Shown: in pieces, positions 1 to 12,800 of the stretch
Layout of the letters: each line of letters opens with the position of its first letter
How positions within the stretch are numbered: the stretch's first letter is position 1
Source of the DNA: an uncultured Planctomycetia bacterium
GTDB taxonomy: Bacteria; Omnitrophota; Gorgyraeia; 2-02-FULL-51-18; JAGOUK01
Assembly (NCBI GenBank): GCA_964430735.1
Contig: CAYSFB010000003.1
Span: 66,039 to 130,038 of the forward strand
Length of the DNA stretch: 64,000 nucleotides
Reading direction: 5' to 3'
Made by a program: the position numbers and the translations under genes
The notes under the pieces: model-generated
Told to the model about the DNA's origin: nothing
The model's database searches: none
The model's input: only the letters and a program-made list of their open reading frames with translations

Positions 1-2139
<2,139 letters not shown>

Positions 2140-2145
2140 TCCCGA

Positions 2146-3063
2146 ATGTCCGCGGCGCTCGACGGGCACATCACGCTTTTTCTGGAGCACCTCACGGTCG
2201 AGCGGGGATTGTCGCGGAACACGCTCGACGCCTACCGCCGCGACCTGAAGCGCTACGCGGCTTTTTTGCGGGAGCGCAAACGCTCCGGGTTCGGCGACGC
2301 GACGGTGGACGATGTTCAGAAGTTTTTGTGGGCGGAAAAGGACAGGGGGCTGACGGCGACGAGTATCGCGCGTGAGCTGGTTTCGGTCCGGGTGCTGCAC
2401 CGCTTCCTGGAGGCGGAAGGCGCCATTCCCGAAGACGTGACCCGGCTCGTGGATACGCCAAAAATCCTGAAGGGTCTGCCGCAGAGCATTTCGCGGCCCG
2501 ACATCGACAAGCTGCTGGCCGCGCCGGACATCAAGACGCAGGCCGGGGCACGTGATCGGGCCTGCATCGAGCTGCTGTACGCGACCGGCGTCCGGGCTTC
2601 GGAGCTGGTGAAGCTCAAGACCGACGACATCGATTTTGAATCCCGGACGCTCAAGGTGCTCGGGAAGGGCTCGAAGGAACGGGTCGTGCCGTTCGGGAAA
2701 TCGGCCAAGGAATCCTTGATCCGGTACCGCGACCGCGTGCGGCCCTGGTGGATCGCGGCCGGGGCCAAATCCGGAAAAGGCGCGCCGGCGAACTTTTTCC
2801 TGACCAGCAAGGGCAAACACCTGACCCGCCAGGAGCTCTGGATGCTGGTGAGGCGGACGGCGGCCAAGGCCGGAATCGACAGGGGGCTGTACCCGCATCT
2901 GTTCCGGCATTCGTTCGCGACGCATCTGCTGGAAAACGGCGCGGACCTGCGCGCGCTCCAGGAAATGCTCGGGCATTCGGACGTCACGACGACGCAGATT
3001 TACACGCATGTGGACCGCGCGCGGTTGAAGCGCATCCATCAACAGTTTCATCCCCGCGCCTGA
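2146..3063 (+). CDS. xerD: tyrosine site-specific recombinase XerD/XerC family
   Basis: N-terminal SAM-like core-binding domain. C-terminal catalytic motifs RHSFATHLLENGADLRALQEMLGHSD..TTQIYTHV (R..H..R..Y). Confidence 0.8.
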   Translation: MSAALDGHITLFLEHLTVERGLSRNTLDAYRRDLKRYAAFLRERKRSGFGDATVDDVQKFLWAEKDRGLTATSIARELVSVRVLHRFLEAEGAIPEDVTRLVDTPKILKGLPQSISRPDIDKLLAAPDIKTQAGARDRACIELLYATGVRASELVKLKTDDIDFESRTLKVLGKGSKERVVPFGKSAKESLIRYRDRVRPWWIAAGAKSGKGAPANFFLTSKGKHLTRQELWMLVRRTAAKAGIDRGLYPHLFRHSFATHLLENGADLRALQEMLGHSDVTTTQIYTHVDRARLKRIHQQFHPRA

Positions 3064-3086
3064 AGGCGGCGGAAAAAGGAGGTTCG

Positions 3087-3482
3087 GTGCAACAGAGATC
3101 CGATCGGGTCGCAAGTCTTCTGCTCAAGGAAGTGGCGCAGGCGCTGCGCGAGGATATCCAAAATCCGGAAGTGGGCTTTGTGACGTTTCTGCGCGCGGAT
3201 GTGGCCAAGGATTTGCGGAATGCGCGCGTCTATTACAGTGTTCTTGGAACCGACGCCGACAAGGAGCGCACGGATCTGGCGATCCAGCAGTCCGCCCGGG
3301 AGCTCAAGCGCATCGTCAACGACCGCATCCAACTCCGTTACGCTATCGACATCCGCTTCGTCCGAGAGGACGGGCTGGACAACGCGTTTCGCGTCGAAGA
3401 GATTCTCAACAAGATCCGCAAGGACCACGCTCCCAAAACAGAAGCTTCGCCGGAAACTCCCAAGGACGACGCGTCCGCCTGA
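3087..3482 (+). CDS. rbfA: ribosome-binding factor A
   Basis: Only the 3' third of track ORF 2748..3482 is RbfA-like (RSDRVASLLLKEVAQ...VGFVTFLRADVAKDLRNARVYYSVLG). GTG at 3087 follows RBS AAAAAGGAGG. The part upstream of 3063 overlaps xerD in another frame. Confidence 0.8.
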   Translation: MQQRSDRVASLLLKEVAQALREDIQNPEVGFVTFLRADVAKDLRNARVYYSVLGTDADKERTDLAIQQSARELKRIVNDRIQLRYAIDIRFVREDGLDNAFRVEEILNKIRKDHAPKTEASPETPKDDASA

Positions 3483-3501
3483 CGCGGTTCCCGGCACCGG
3501 C

Positions 3502-4218
3502 ATGCTCAACGGTCTCCTGCTGATCGATAAACCCATTTTGTACACGAGCCACGACGTTGTGGACGTCGTGCGCCGCGTCCTTGGCGAGCGCCGCGTGGGA
3601 CATGCGGGCACGCTCGATCCGATGGCGACGGGCCTTCTCGTGGTCATGGTCGGGCCGTCGACGTCGCATTTTGACGCCCTGAGCGGGGACGACAAGGATT
3701 ACGAGGGCGTCATCACGTTCGGGTACGCCACCGCGACCCAGGACGCCGAGGGCGTCATCACCGCGTCCGCCGACCCGTCCGCCGTGACGGAGGTGGGGGT
3801 CCGCGAGAGCTTTGCGGCGTTTACCGGCAAAATCGACCAAAGGGCGCCGCTGTATTCGGCCGTGAAGAAAAACGGGCGCAAGGGGTACGAGGCCGCGCGC
3901 CGCGGGCAGGGGGATACGTTCGAGGCTCCCGTGAAGCCGGTCGAGGTGAAACGTTTTGACCTGGAAGCCTTTGAACATCCTGAAGCTTTTTTTTCCTGCC
4001 GCGTCAGCCGGGGCACGTACATCCGGTCGCTGGCCTTCGACGTGGGCGCGCGGCTCGGCGTGCCCGCCACACTGACGTCGCTTCGGCGGACCGTGTGCGG
4101 CACGCTGGGGCTGGGCTCTGCGGTGACGCTCGAAGCTCTCCGGCGCATGAGCCGCGAAGAGATCGCCCGGTCGCTCGAACACAATCTGGCTCTCGCATCG
4201 GACAAGATCCGCGCATGA
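3502..4218 (+). CDS. truB: tRNA pseudouridine(55) synthase TruB
   Basis: ATG at 3502 within track ORF 3199..4218. Motifs GLLLIDKP and HAGTLDPMATGLL (catalytic Asp). Confidence 0.85.
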   Translation: MLNGLLLIDKPILYTSHDVVDVVRRVLGERRVGHAGTLDPMATGLLVVMVGPSTSHFDALSGDDKDYEGVITFGYATATQDAEGVITASADPSAVTEVGVRESFAAFTGKIDQRAPLYSAVKKNGRKGYEAARRGQGDTFEAPVKPVEVKRFDLEAFEHPEAFFSCRVSRGTYIRSLAFDVGARLGVPATLTSLRRTVCGTLGLGSAVTLEALRRMSREEIARSLEHNLALASDKIRA

Positions 4219-4228
4219 GGACTCATTC

Positions 4229-5167
4229 ATGAAAGTGATCCGGGACTGGAAGCGCGCACAGCTGCGGCGGAGCTCGGTCGCGATCGGCGTCTTTGACGGC
4301 GTGCATCTCGGGCACCGCGCGATTCTGGCGGCGGCGGCCGACCGGGCGCGCCGGGACGGGCTTAAGGTCGTTGTGCTCACGATGGACCCGCATCCGTCAC
4401 AGATCCTTCATCCCGACTCCCCGACGCCGCTTTTGTACAGTCTGGAACACCGGCTGCAGCTTTTAAAGGACATGGGCGTCTCGACGACGGTGGTGCTCAA
4501 ATTCGACCGGCCGCTCATGCGCATGAGCGCCGAGGCGTTTGTGGAGGGGATTCTGATCCGCCGGCTGGGGGCGCTCGCGGTCGCCGTGGGAACGAACTTC
4601 CGCTTCGGGCGCGGTGCGCGGGGCGATGCGGACTTTTTGGCGGCGGCGGGCCGGACAGCGGGGTTCAAGGTCAGCGCGGTTCATCCCTTGAAGTCGGCCG
4701 GGCAGGCGATTTCGTCCAGTCGGATCCGGAAGGCGGTGACCGCCGGTCGTTTGGACGCGGCCTCAAAATTGCTGGGCCGGCCGTACGGCCTGTCCGGAAC
4801 GGTCGTCCGCGGCGACGGGAAGGGGAGGGAATTGGGCTTTCCGACGATCAACCTGCTTCTGGATCATGAACTTCTGCCGCCTTCGGGCGTCTACGCCGTC
4901 CGGGCTGCATCCGGAGGCAAGAGCTATCCCGGGGTGCTGCATTTGGGGCCCCGTCCGACCTTCGGATCCGCCGACCTGCGCGCCGAATGCCATCTCCTGA
5001 AGACCCCCGGAACGGACTTGTACGGCCGCCGCTTCGAACTGACCCCGGTCCGCCGGCTCCGCGGCGTCCGCCGTTTTGCCGATCCGGCGGCCCTGGCCCG
5101 CCAAATCGGCCGGGATGTCCGCTCCGCCCGCCTGGCTTTACAAAGCTCCTCCCGGAAGGTATACTAA
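4229..5167 (+). CDS. ribF: bifunctional riboflavin kinase / FAD synthetase
   Basis: N-terminal FAD synthetase (GVFDGVHLGH) and C-terminal riboflavin kinase domain. Classic truB-ribF-rpsO-pnp order. Confidence 0.9.
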   Translation: MKVIRDWKRAQLRRSSVAIGVFDGVHLGHRAILAAAADRARRDGLKVVVLTMDPHPSQILHPDSPTPLLYSLEHRLQLLKDMGVSTTVVLKFDRPLMRMSAEAFVEGILIRRLGALAVAVGTNFRFGRGARGDADFLAAAGRTAGFKVSAVHPLKSAGQAISSSRIRKAVTAGRLDAASKLLGRPYGLSGTVVRGDGKGRELGFPTINLLLDHELLPPSGVYAVRAASGGKSYPGVLHLGPRPTFGSADLRAECHLLKTPGTDLYGRRFELTPVRRLRGVRRFADPAALARQIGRDVRSARLALQSSSRKVY

Positions 5168-5212
5168 CCACTTCACAAAAGGGAAAATAGAGAGAAGGAG
5201 ATCAGTATTTTT

Positions 5213-5482
5213 ATGGCCCTCACGAAAGAAAACAAGCAGTTGGTCATCAAAGGTTTTCAGGAAAGCGCCAAGGACACCGGCTCTTCCAAAGTCCAAATCG
5301 CCATTCTGACCGAGCGCATCAACTCGCTGTCCGATCACTTCAAGGCCCACGTCAAGGATAACCATTCCCGCCGCGGCCTGCTCATGCTCGTTTCGAAGCG
5401 CCGCCGCCTCCTGAACTACGTTCAGAAGCGCAGCCAAGCCGAATACGAAGAGCTCATTCAGCGCCTCAAGATCCGCAAATAA
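5213..5482 (+). CDS. rpsO: 30S ribosomal protein S15
   Basis: 89 aa, MALTKENKQLVIKGFQ...HSRRGLLMLVSKRRRLLNY. RBS GAAGGAG upstream. Confidence 0.95.
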   Translation: MALTKENKQLVIKGFQESAKDTGSSKVQIAILTERINSLSDHFKAHVKDNHSRRGLLMLVSKRRRLLNYVQKRSQAEYEELIQRLKIRK

Positions 5483-5505
5483 CAACGAAAGAAAAGCTTC
5501 ATAAC

Positions 5506-7671
5506 ATGACTACCAAGACGAGTGAACTCTCTCTTGGCAATGGGAAACTCATTGCCAAAACCGGGCATGTCGCCCGGCAGGCCACCGGAGCCGTCACGCT
5601 CCAGTACGGCGAAACGATGCTGCTGGCCACCGTGTGTGCGTCGGCCGAAGCCAAGGAAGGTCAGGACTTTTTTCCGCTGACCGTCGAGTACCAGGAGAAG
5701 ATGTACGCCGCGGGCATGATCCCGGGCAGCTTCTTCAAACGCGAAGGCAAAGCCACCGAAAAGGAAGTGCTGACCTCACGCCTCACCGACCGTCCCATCC
5801 GCCCGCTTTTTCCGGACAGCTTCCTCAATGAAGTGCAGATCGTCGTGCAGGTTTTTTCCGCCGACGGCGTCAACGATCCGGATATCTGGTCCGTCAACGC
5901 GGCTTCGTTCGCGCTCATGCTGTCAGGCCTTCCGTTCCTCGGACCCGTGGGCTGCGCCCGCGTCGCCGAAGTCGAAGGCAAGATCGTCCTGAATCCGACC
6001 GCCGAAGAGCTTAAAAAAGCGACGCTCGACCTCGTCGTCGCCGGTACGCGCGAAGGCGTCACGATGATCGAGTCCGAAGCCAAGGAAGTCTCCGAAGAGC
6101 GCATGATCGAAGCGCTCAAAGTGGCGCACGACGCCATCAAGCAGCTCTGCGCCTTCCAGGAAGAGTTCGCCAAGGGCATCGCGAAGCCGAAGGTCGCCGT
6201 CGCCGAGAAGGCGCAGTGCGAAACGACCTATAAGAAGGTCGCCGACATCGCCATTCCCGCGTTCGAAAAAATCAATCAGCCGCACGCCAAGCAGGACCGC
6301 GACGCCGCGATCAAGCAGCTCGTGTCCGACATCGCCGCCAAGCTCGTGACCCCGGAATCCGGGATCACCAAGGCCATGGTCGCGAAAATCGTCCACGACA
6401 TCGAATACGATGAAGTCCGCAAGTTCATCCTCAAGCAGAAGAAGCGCGTCGACGGCCGTGCGCTGAACGAAATCCGCAAGATCACCGGTGAAGTCGGCAT
6501 CCTGCCGCGCGCCCACGGGTCTGCGCTGTTCACCCGCGGTCAGACGCAGGCGCTGGGCGTCATCACGCTCGGCACGTCGCGCGACGAGCAGCTCATCGAA
6601 TCCTACGAAGGCGTCAGCTACCGCAACTTCATGCTTCACTACAATTTCCCGCCGTTCTCGGTGGGCGAGGTGAAGTCGATGCGCGGTCCCGGCCGCCGCG
6701 AGATTGGCCACGGCGCTTTGGCGCTGCGCGGTCTGGCCGCCGTCGTTCCGTCCAAGGAAGAGTTCCCGTACACCGTCCGCTACGTCTCCGAAATCCTCGA
6801 ATCCAACGGCTCCTCGTCGATGGCCACCATCTGCGCGGGCACGCTGGCGATGATGGATGCGGGCGTTCCGATCAAGGCTCCCGTCAGCGGCATCGCGATG
6901 GGTCTGATCAAGGAAGGCGAAGACTGGGCGGTCCTGTCGGACATCGCCGGGGTCGAAGACCATTTGGGCGACATGGACTTCAAGGTCGCGGGCACCGCGA
7001 AGGGCATTACGACGCTTCAGCTCGACATCAAGCTCAAAGAGGGTCTGGCGTTCTCGATCCTCCAGAAAGCGTTGGAACAGGCCAAGGAAGGCCGTTCGCA
7101 CATTCTCGGCAAGATGCTCGAGACGATGTCGCAGACGCGCTCGAACCTTTCGCCGTACGCGCCGCGCATCACGACGATCAAGATCGCCGTCGACAAGATC
7201 AGCGAGCTCATCGGCCCCGGCGGACGCATGATCCGCAAGATCACGGCCGACTCCGGCTGCCAGATCGAGGTCGAGGACGACGGATCGGTGAAGATCTCCT
7301 CGCGCGACGAGAAGTCCTGCGCCAAGGCGCTCGAGCTCATCCGTTACATTTCCCAGGACGTCGAAATCGGCAAGGTCTACAAGGGCACGATCACGCGCCT
7401 CATGGCCTTCGGAGCGTTCTGCGAACTGCTTCCGGGCCGCGAAGGTCTGATCCACATTTCGGAACTGTCGAACCAGTACGTCGGCAGCGTCGAAGAAGTG
7501 GTCAAGGTCGGCGATCAGGTCGACGTCCGCGTGATCGAGATCGACAAGCAGGGCCGCGTGAACCTCTCCATCAAACAACTCAACGCAGAGACCGTCTCGG
7601 TCCGTCCGAGGCGCGAAAGCAGTGAAGTCGGCAGTGAAGGTTCGGGTCCTAAGAGAGGCCGCCGCTTCTGA
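5506..7671 (+). CDS. pnp: polynucleotide phosphorylase
   Basis: 721 aa with two RNase PH domains, KH and C-terminal S1 domain. Directly downstream of rpsO. Confidence 0.95.
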   Translation: MTTKTSELSLGNGKLIAKTGHVARQATGAVTLQYGETMLLATVCASAEAKEGQDFFPLTVEYQEKMYAAGMIPGSFFKREGKATEKEVLTSRLTDRPIRPLFPDSFLNEVQIVVQVFSADGVNDPDIWSVNAASFALMLSGLPFLGPVGCARVAEVEGKIVLNPTAEELKKATLDLVVAGTREGVTMIESEAKEVSEERMIEALKVAHDAIKQLCAFQEEFAKGIAKPKVAVAEKAQCETTYKKVADIAIPAFEKINQPHAKQDRDAAIKQLVSDIAAKLVTPESGITKAMVAKIVHDIEYDEVRKFILKQKKRVDGRALNEIRKITGEVGILPRAHGSALFTRGQTQALGVITLGTSRDEQLIESYEGVSYRNFMLHYNFPPFSVGEVKSMRGPGRREIGHGALALRGLAAVVPSKEEFPYTVRYVSEILESNGSSSMATICAGTLAMMDAGVPIKAPVSGIAMGLIKEGEDWAVLSDIAGVEDHLGDMDFKVAGTAKGITTLQLDIKLKEGLAFSILQKALEQAKEGRSHILGKMLETMSQTRSNLSPYAPRITTIKIAVDKISELIGPGGRMIRKITADSGCQIEVEDDGSVKISSRDEKSCAKALELIRYISQDVEIGKVYKGTITRLMAFGAFCELLPGREGLIHISELSNQYVGSVEEVVKVGDQVDVRVIEIDKQGRVNLSIKQLNAETVSVRPRRESSEVGSEGSGPKRGRRF

Positions 7672-8074
7672 TCTCCCGCTTCCCGCCTATCAAACGGCGG
7701 GGGCGGCGGGGATGGACCTGGTGAGCGCTGAGGCGCAGGAAATCGTCCTGCGCCCCGGCGACATCCGTCTCATTTCCACAGGGATCCGGATCGCGCTTCC
7801 AGAAGGTTACGAAGCCCAGGTGCGCCCGCGCAGCGGCCTGGCCCTCAAGCACGGCATCACCCTCCTGAATTCCCCCGGGACAATCGACAGCGATTACCGG
7901 GGGCTCGTTTCCGTCATCATGATCAACCACGGCCGCGAAAACTTCACCGTCACTCGCGGCATGCGCCTCGCGCAGATGGTTATCCAGCAGGTTTGCCGCG
8001 CCGAGTGGGAAGAAACCGATTCGCTCGACGCCACGGCCCGCGCGGCCGGCGGCTTCGGCCACACAGGACGCTGA
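7622..8074 (+). CDS. dut: dUTP diphosphatase
   Basis: Motifs [22 protein letters not shown]. The track start GTG at 7622 overlaps the pnp 3' end by 50 nt. The true start may be a few codons downstream. Confidence 0.85.
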   Translation: MKSAVKVRVLREAAASDLPLPAYQTAGAAGMDLVSAEAQEIVLRPGDIRLISTGIRIALPEGYEAQVRPRSGLALKHGITLLNSPGTIDSDYRGLVSVIMINHGRENFTVTRGMRLAQMVIQQVCRAEWEETDSLDATARAAGGFGHTGR

Positions 8075-8080
8075 CCCCGG

Positions 8081-10459
8081 ATGCTCAGCGATAAAAAACG
8101 CAACGAGATCCTGGCATTCCTGTGGGTGATCCTCGCAGTTCTGCTGCTGCTCTGCCTTTCGTCCTACCGCCCGGACGACATCGCGTTCCAGGTTTCTACC
8201 CCCAACAACCCCGCCCAGAATTTTGTCGGTCCGGCCGGCGCCTATGTCGCCTGGGCGCTGCGTTTTACGGTGGGTTACGGCTCGTTCTTCCTGGTCGCGC
8301 TGTTTTTGTTCTGGGCGCTGGCGCAGTGGACGGAGCGCAAACCCCAGTCGCCCTGGCTCAAAGTGCTGTCGGGATCGCTTTTTTTCATCTCGTCGTGCTC
8401 CATGCTGTCGATCGCTTCGGGCTCGGACGCGTCGCGGCAATTTGATTGGGGCGGCATCGTCGGGTTTTTTACCGGCTATCTGCTGCAGGAACTCTTCGGC
8501 GCGGCGGCGATCATCATCGCGTCGTCGCTTTTTATCGTCGCGCTCCTTTTGGCCACCGATTTCATGTTCGTACCTCTTATTCTGATGACGCTCAAAAAAT
8601 CCCGCGAAATGATGGCATCCAACCGCGCCGATCTGCCGGACGCCGCCCAGAAAAAACAACTCAAGGACAAGGATAAGCTGAAGGCGAAAGACACCAAGGC
8701 CGCCGACAAGGACAAAAACGCCAAGCCCGGTATTCTCCCGTCCGCCAATGGTAAGGGGCAGACCGCTCCGGCCGCTGCCGGCAAGCTGCCGCTCAAGGGT
8801 GAGCCGGGCAAGCCCGATCCTTCGAAGCCGGACGCGGCCAAGCCCGCCGTGCCAGAACCCGTCAAGCCGATCATCCGCACGACGGTTCAGCCCACGCCCA
8901 AAAAGCCCGAACCCAAAAAAGAAATTCCAGCGGCCAAGCCGTTGAGCCAGGAGCCGGTCGATCCGGGCGCTTATACGCTGCCGCCCATGACGCTGCTGGA
9001 CGATCCGAAGCACGCCGCCGCCAAGGGCGACGTCAACGCGCTCATCGAAGAACAGTCCCGCATCCTTCAGGACACCCTGGCGGACTTCGGCATCGAAGCC
9101 AAGGTCGTCGAGGTCGAGCAGGGTCCCGTGATCACGCGGTTCGAGATCCAGCCGGCGGCCGGCGTGAAACTCCAAAAGATCACCGCGCTTCAGGACAACA
9201 TCTCGCTGGCGATGCAGGCGACGAGCGTCCGCATCCTGGCGCCCATCCCGGGCAAGTCCCGGGTCGGCATCGAAGTGCCGAATCCGGAAAAACAAATGGT
9301 TTCGCTCAAGGAAGTGCTCCAGTCAGACGCGATGGTCAACCATCCGTCCAAGCTGGCCTTCGTGCTCGGCAAGGATTCCGCCGGCGCGCCCATGATCGCC
9401 GACCTCGACGACCTGCCGCATCTGCTCATCGCCGGCAGCACCGGTTCCGGAAAGTCCGTGTGCGTGAACTCGCTCATCATGAGCATCCTGTTCCGCACGA
9501 CTCCGGAGGAAGTCCGGATGATTCTCGTCGACCCGAAGCGCGTCGAGCTCACCGGTTACAACGGCCTGCCGCACCTCCTGCTGCCGGTCGTGACCGAGAC
9601 CGAAAAGGCGCCGGCGGCGCTCTCGTACCTCATTTCCGAAATGGACCGCCGCTACAAGGTGCTCCAGCAGTTTTCGGTGCGCGACGTCGAATCGTACAAC
9701 CAGAAGCTCATCGACAACCCGCCCGCGCCCGGACCGAACGGGGAAGCGCCGCCGCGGCCGTACCCCTATATCGTGACCATCGTGGACGAGCTCGCGGACC
9801 TCATGACTACTCAGCGCAAGGAGGTCGAAACGTCGATCCAGCGTCTGGCCCAGCTCGCGCGGGCCGTCGGCATCCACCTGGTCCTGGCGACGCAGCGCCC
9901 GTCCGTCGACGTCATCACCGGCGTCATCAAGGCCAATTTCCCGTCGCGGATTTCGTTCGCGGTCACGTCCGGAACCGACTCGCGCACTGTACTCGACGAA
10001 GTCGGCGCCGAAACGCTGCTTGGCAAAGGCGACCTCCTGTACATGAACCCGCGCGAACAGCATTTGAAGCGCGGTCAGGGCGCCTGGGTCTCGGGCAAGG
10101 AAATCGACAGGACCGTCGCCCATATCTCGAAGATGCGCAAGGCGCAGTACGATCCGACCATCCTCCAATCCGCTTCCCGCAAGGAAGGGCAGGCCAAGAA
10201 TTTTCGCGACGACGAATATTATCCGGAAGCGTGCCGGACCATCGTTTCTTCCGGACAGGCGTCCGTATCGACGCTGCAGCGCCGCCTCGGCCTCGGCTAC
10301 ACCCGCGCCGCGCGCCTGGTGGACATGATGGAAGAAGACGGCATCGTCGGTCCGTCCAAAGGCGCCAAGCCGCGTGATATCCTTGTGAGCGTGGACGAAT
10401 TGGAAGAGCGGATCAAACAGCTGACCAGCCCGGACGCGGCAGCCAAACAGGGGACTTAA
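8081..10459 (+). CDS. ftsK: DNA translocase FtsK/SpoIIIE
   Basis: N-terminal TM segments, P/K/A-rich linker, motor domain with Walker A GSTGSGKS, and a C-terminal gamma (winged-helix) domain. Confidence 0.9.
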   Translation: MLSDKKRNEILAFLWVILAVLLLLCLSSYRPDDIAFQVSTPNNPAQNFVGPAGAYVAWALRFTVGYGSFFLVALFLFWALAQWTERKPQSPWLKVLSGSLFFISSCSMLSIASGSDASRQFDWGGIVGFFTGYLLQELFGAAAIIIASSLFIVALLLATDFMFVPLILMTLKKSREMMASNRADLPDAAQKKQLKDKDKLKAKDTKAADKDKNAKPGILPSANGKGQTAPAAAGKLPLKGEPGKPDPSKPDAAKPAVPEPVKPIIRTTVQPTPKKPEPKKEIPAAKPLSQEPVDPGAYTLPPMTLLDDPKHAAAKGDVNALIEEQSRILQDTLADFGIEAKVVEVEQGPVITRFEIQPAAGVKLQKITALQDNISLAMQATSVRILAPIPGKSRVGIEVPNPEKQMVSLKEVLQSDAMVNHPSKLAFVLGKDSAGAPMIADLDDLPHLLIAGSTGSGKSVCVNSLIMSILFRTTPEEVRMILVDPKRVELTGYNGLPHLLLPVVTETEKAPAALSYLISEMDRRYKVLQQFSVRDVESYNQKLIDNPPAPGPNGEAPPRPYPYIVTIVDELADLMTTQRKEVETSIQRLAQLARAVGIHLVLATQRPSVDVITGVIKANFPSRISFAVTSGTDSRTVLDEVGAETLLGKGDLLYMNPREQHLKRGQGAWVSGKEIDRTVAHISKMRKAQYDPTILQSASRKEGQAKNFRDDEYYPEACRTIVSSGQASVSTLQRRLGLGYTRAARLVDMMEEDGIVGPSKGAKPRDILVSVDELEERIKQLTSPDAAAKQGT

Positions 10460-10465
10460 ACTACC

Positions 10466-11422
10466 GTGACTTCACCCGACAGCATTGGCGCGCGCCTCAA
10501 GCGCGAACGCGAAAAAAAGAACCTGAGCGTCGAAGACGTGCATCTGCGTCTGCGCATCCACCCCGGCGTCATCCAGAAGCTGGAGGCCGACGATCTGGGC
10601 GACTGGCCGGGCGGCAAAACCTATGCCCGGGGATTTGTCCGGCAGTACGCGGATTTTTTGGGACTGAACACGCCTGAGATCCTTTCGGAATTTGATTCGC
10701 TCGGGATTGCCGAGCGGCCGGTGGAGCTTTTTGTCGGATTGGAACGCAAGGCGGAGGCAGAGTCTCATGAGCCGGCGCCCAAACCTCGGAAGCCCCGGGT
10801 TAAAAAAGAGCCGGCTCCGGCCGCCGCCGCAGCGCCCAAGGCCCCTCAGCCGGACCTGGTTCGCAATCTTCCGCCGATTACGGCATCCGCTCCGTTTCCG
10901 TACGCCAAATGGGCGATTGCCGGCATGGCGCTCATCATCGTCGCGTTGGCTGTGATGCAGATTTTGCGCGGCGTTCAAAACTGGTCCGAGAACCGCTCCG
11001 CCATGAAGATGGCGGTGATGGTCCCGGCCGCCAAACCGGCCAAGCCGGCGCCCATCAAATCCGCGGCCGTCAAACCCGCGGCCAAGCCCGCCCCAACCGC
11101 ACCGGCCGCGGCCTCCCGTTATCTGAACAGCCCGTCGCAGGGGACGTATCCCAAGATCCGTCCGCAGGACCGCATGATGCTCGAGATCAATGCGGTGACC
11201 GACGTTTGGATGCGCATCCAGGCCGACGGCACCGTCGTTTTTGAATCGATTCTGCACCGGGGCGAAACGGAACGCTGGCTGGCGGACAAAGGTTTTGACG
11301 CCAAGCTCGGCCGTCCCGAAGGCGTCCGCATCGCCGTGAACGGATATCCCGTCGGTCAGCCCGGCGGCGGCAAGGTCAAGAACCTGCGCTTCACCCGCGA
11401 CGGCATCGAAGAGACCCGGTAA
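10466..11422 (+). CDS. rodZ: RodZ-like cytoskeleton protein (XRE HTH + TM + DUF4115-like C-terminal domain)
   Basis: N-terminal HTH with KTYARGFVRQYADFLGL. Single TM segment (IAGMALIIVALAVM). A/P/K-rich linker. C-terminal beta domain typical of RodZ. GTG start 6 nt after the ftsK stop. Confidence 0.65.
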   Translation: MTSPDSIGARLKREREKKNLSVEDVHLRLRIHPGVIQKLEADDLGDWPGGKTYARGFVRQYADFLGLNTPEILSEFDSLGIAERPVELFVGLERKAEAESHEPAPKPRKPRVKKEPAPAAAAAPKAPQPDLVRNLPPITASAPFPYAKWAIAGMALIIVALAVMQILRGVQNWSENRSAMKMAVMVPAAKPAKPAPIKSAAVKPAAKPAPTAPAAASRYLNSPSQGTYPKIRPQDRMMLEINAVTDVWMRIQADGTVVFESILHRGETERWLADKGFDAKLGRPEGVRIAVNGYPVGQPGGGKVKNLRFTRDGIEETR

Positions 11423-11426
11423 CCCC

Positions 11427-12800
11427 GTGTCCGCAGCCGTCCGCACACCCCGAATCGGATTATTGACCCTGGGTTGCGCCCGCAACCTGGTCGATTCCGA
11501 AGTCGCGCTCGGCGGCCTGCTCAAGGCGGGATACGATTACGCGCCGGACGTGAAGCGTGCCGACATCGCCGTCATCAACACCTGCGCGTTCACCGAATCC
11601 GCCAAAAAAGAATCCATCGACGCGATCCTCGAACTCGTCGAGCTGAAGAAGAAGAAAAAAATCCAGTCCATCGTCGTGATGGGCTGCCTGTCCCAGCGTT
11701 ACGGCACGGAACTTGCGAAGGACATCACGGAGCTCGACGTCGTCGTCGGCACCGACAGCTTCGGCGACCTGGCCCGCGTCCTCGAGCCGCTCCGCGCCTC
11801 AGGCGCGCTCACCCTGCCCGGCGTCCGGGTCAACGTCACGCCGCGCCCCCAATTCCTGCTCGACCAGTTCAGCCCCAAAAAGTCCCTGACCCCCGACCAC
11901 ACCTGTTACATCAAAATCAGCGAGGGATGTCTCAACGCCTGCTCATACTGCGCGATTCCTTCGATGAAGGGGCGTCACCGCTCGCGCACCATCGAGGACA
12001 TTCTGGCCGAGGCGGTCGAGCGCGCCCGTTCGGGCAAGCTTCGCGAAATCAATTTGATCGGCCAGGACACCGCGGCCTTCGGGTTCGACCGCGGCCGCGT
12101 CTTCGAGCTGCCGAAGCTGCTCGACCGGCTTGCGACCGAATTGCCCGGCGTGTGGATCCGGCCGCTGTACGCCCATCCCGCGCATGTGACGCCGGAGCTG
12201 GTCGACGTGTTCCGCCGCCACGAAAACATCTGCCGCTATCTCGACCTTCCCATCGAGCACAGCCACCCGGATATGCTCAAACGCATGAACCGCGGGGTTT
12301 CGCGCGAGACGATGGACCAGGTGATCCGGGACTTCCGCACCGTGCCGGGCATGGTCCTGCGGACCGCGGTCATCGTCGGCTTCCCCGGCGAGACGGAAGA
12401 GGAATTTGAGGATTTGCTCCAGTACATGCGCGATGTGCGCTTCGAGCGCCTGGGCGCCTTTACGTATTCGCGCGAGGAAGGGACCCGCGCCTTCAACATG
12501 GAAGGTCAGATCCCGGACGAGCTCAAGGACGCGCGTTTCCGCCGTGTGATGGAAGTCCAGGAGTCGATCACGGCCGACTGGAACGAGACCCGCATCGGCA
12601 CGAAGATCCGCGTCCTCATCGAGGAAAAAGGGACGGAGAAGGGTCTCTGGATCGGCCGTAGCACCGCCGACGCGCCCGAAGTCGACGGAGAAGTCCTTGT
12701 CCGTTCCGCGCATCCGCTTCCGATCGGCGAATTTGCCGACGTCGTCGTCACGGACGCGATGGACCACGACCTTTTTGCAGAGGCCCCTACGGGCCTGTGA
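11427..12800 (+). CDS. rimO: ribosomal protein S12 methylthiotransferase RimO (MiaB-family radical SAM)
   Basis: MTTase N domain (GCARN...NTCAF). Radical SAM CxxxCxxC within ISEGCLNACSYCAIPSMKGRHRS. Also VGFPGETEEEF and a TRAM domain RSTADAPEVDG. Confidence 0.8.
   Translation: MSAAVRTPRIGLLTLGCARNLVDSEVALGGLLKAGYDYAPDVKRADIAVINTCAFTESAKKESIDAILELVELKKKKKIQSIVVMGCLSQRYGTELAKDITELDVVVGTDSFGDLARVLEPLRASGALTLPGVRVNVTPRPQFLLDQFSPKKSLTPDHTCYIKISEGCLNACSYCAIPSMKGRHRSRTIEDILAEAVERARSGKLREINLIGQDTAAFGFDRGRVFELPKLLDRLATELPGVWIRPLYAHPAHVTPELVDVFRRHENICRYLDLPIEHSHPDMLKRMNRGVSRETMDQVIRDFRTVPGMVLRTAVIVGFPGETEEEFEDLLQYMRDVRFERLGAFTYSREEGTRAFNMEGQIPDELKDARFRRVMEVQESITADWNETRIGTKIRVLIEEKGTEKGLWIGRSTADAPEVDGEVLVRSAHPLPIGEFADVVVTDAMDHDLFAEAPTGL

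Noticed and set aside
2748-3086. 5' two-thirds of track ORF 2748..3482
   Set aside because: Overlaps xerD out of frame and has junk composition. Only the part from GTG 3087, with an RBS and RbfA homology, is real.
4987-5309. Small ORFs 4987..5190 and 5076..5309 around the ribF/rpsO junction
   Set aside because: They overlap ribF and rpsO in wrong frames and are proline/arginine-rich.
8600-8950. Repetitive K/P/A-rich DNA that could be mistaken for a repeat array
   Set aside because: It encodes the known low-complexity linker of FtsK, which is in frame and continuous with the motor domain. It is not a CRISPR or tandem-repeat locus. No CRISPR-like spacer/repeat periodicity was seen anywhere in the window.
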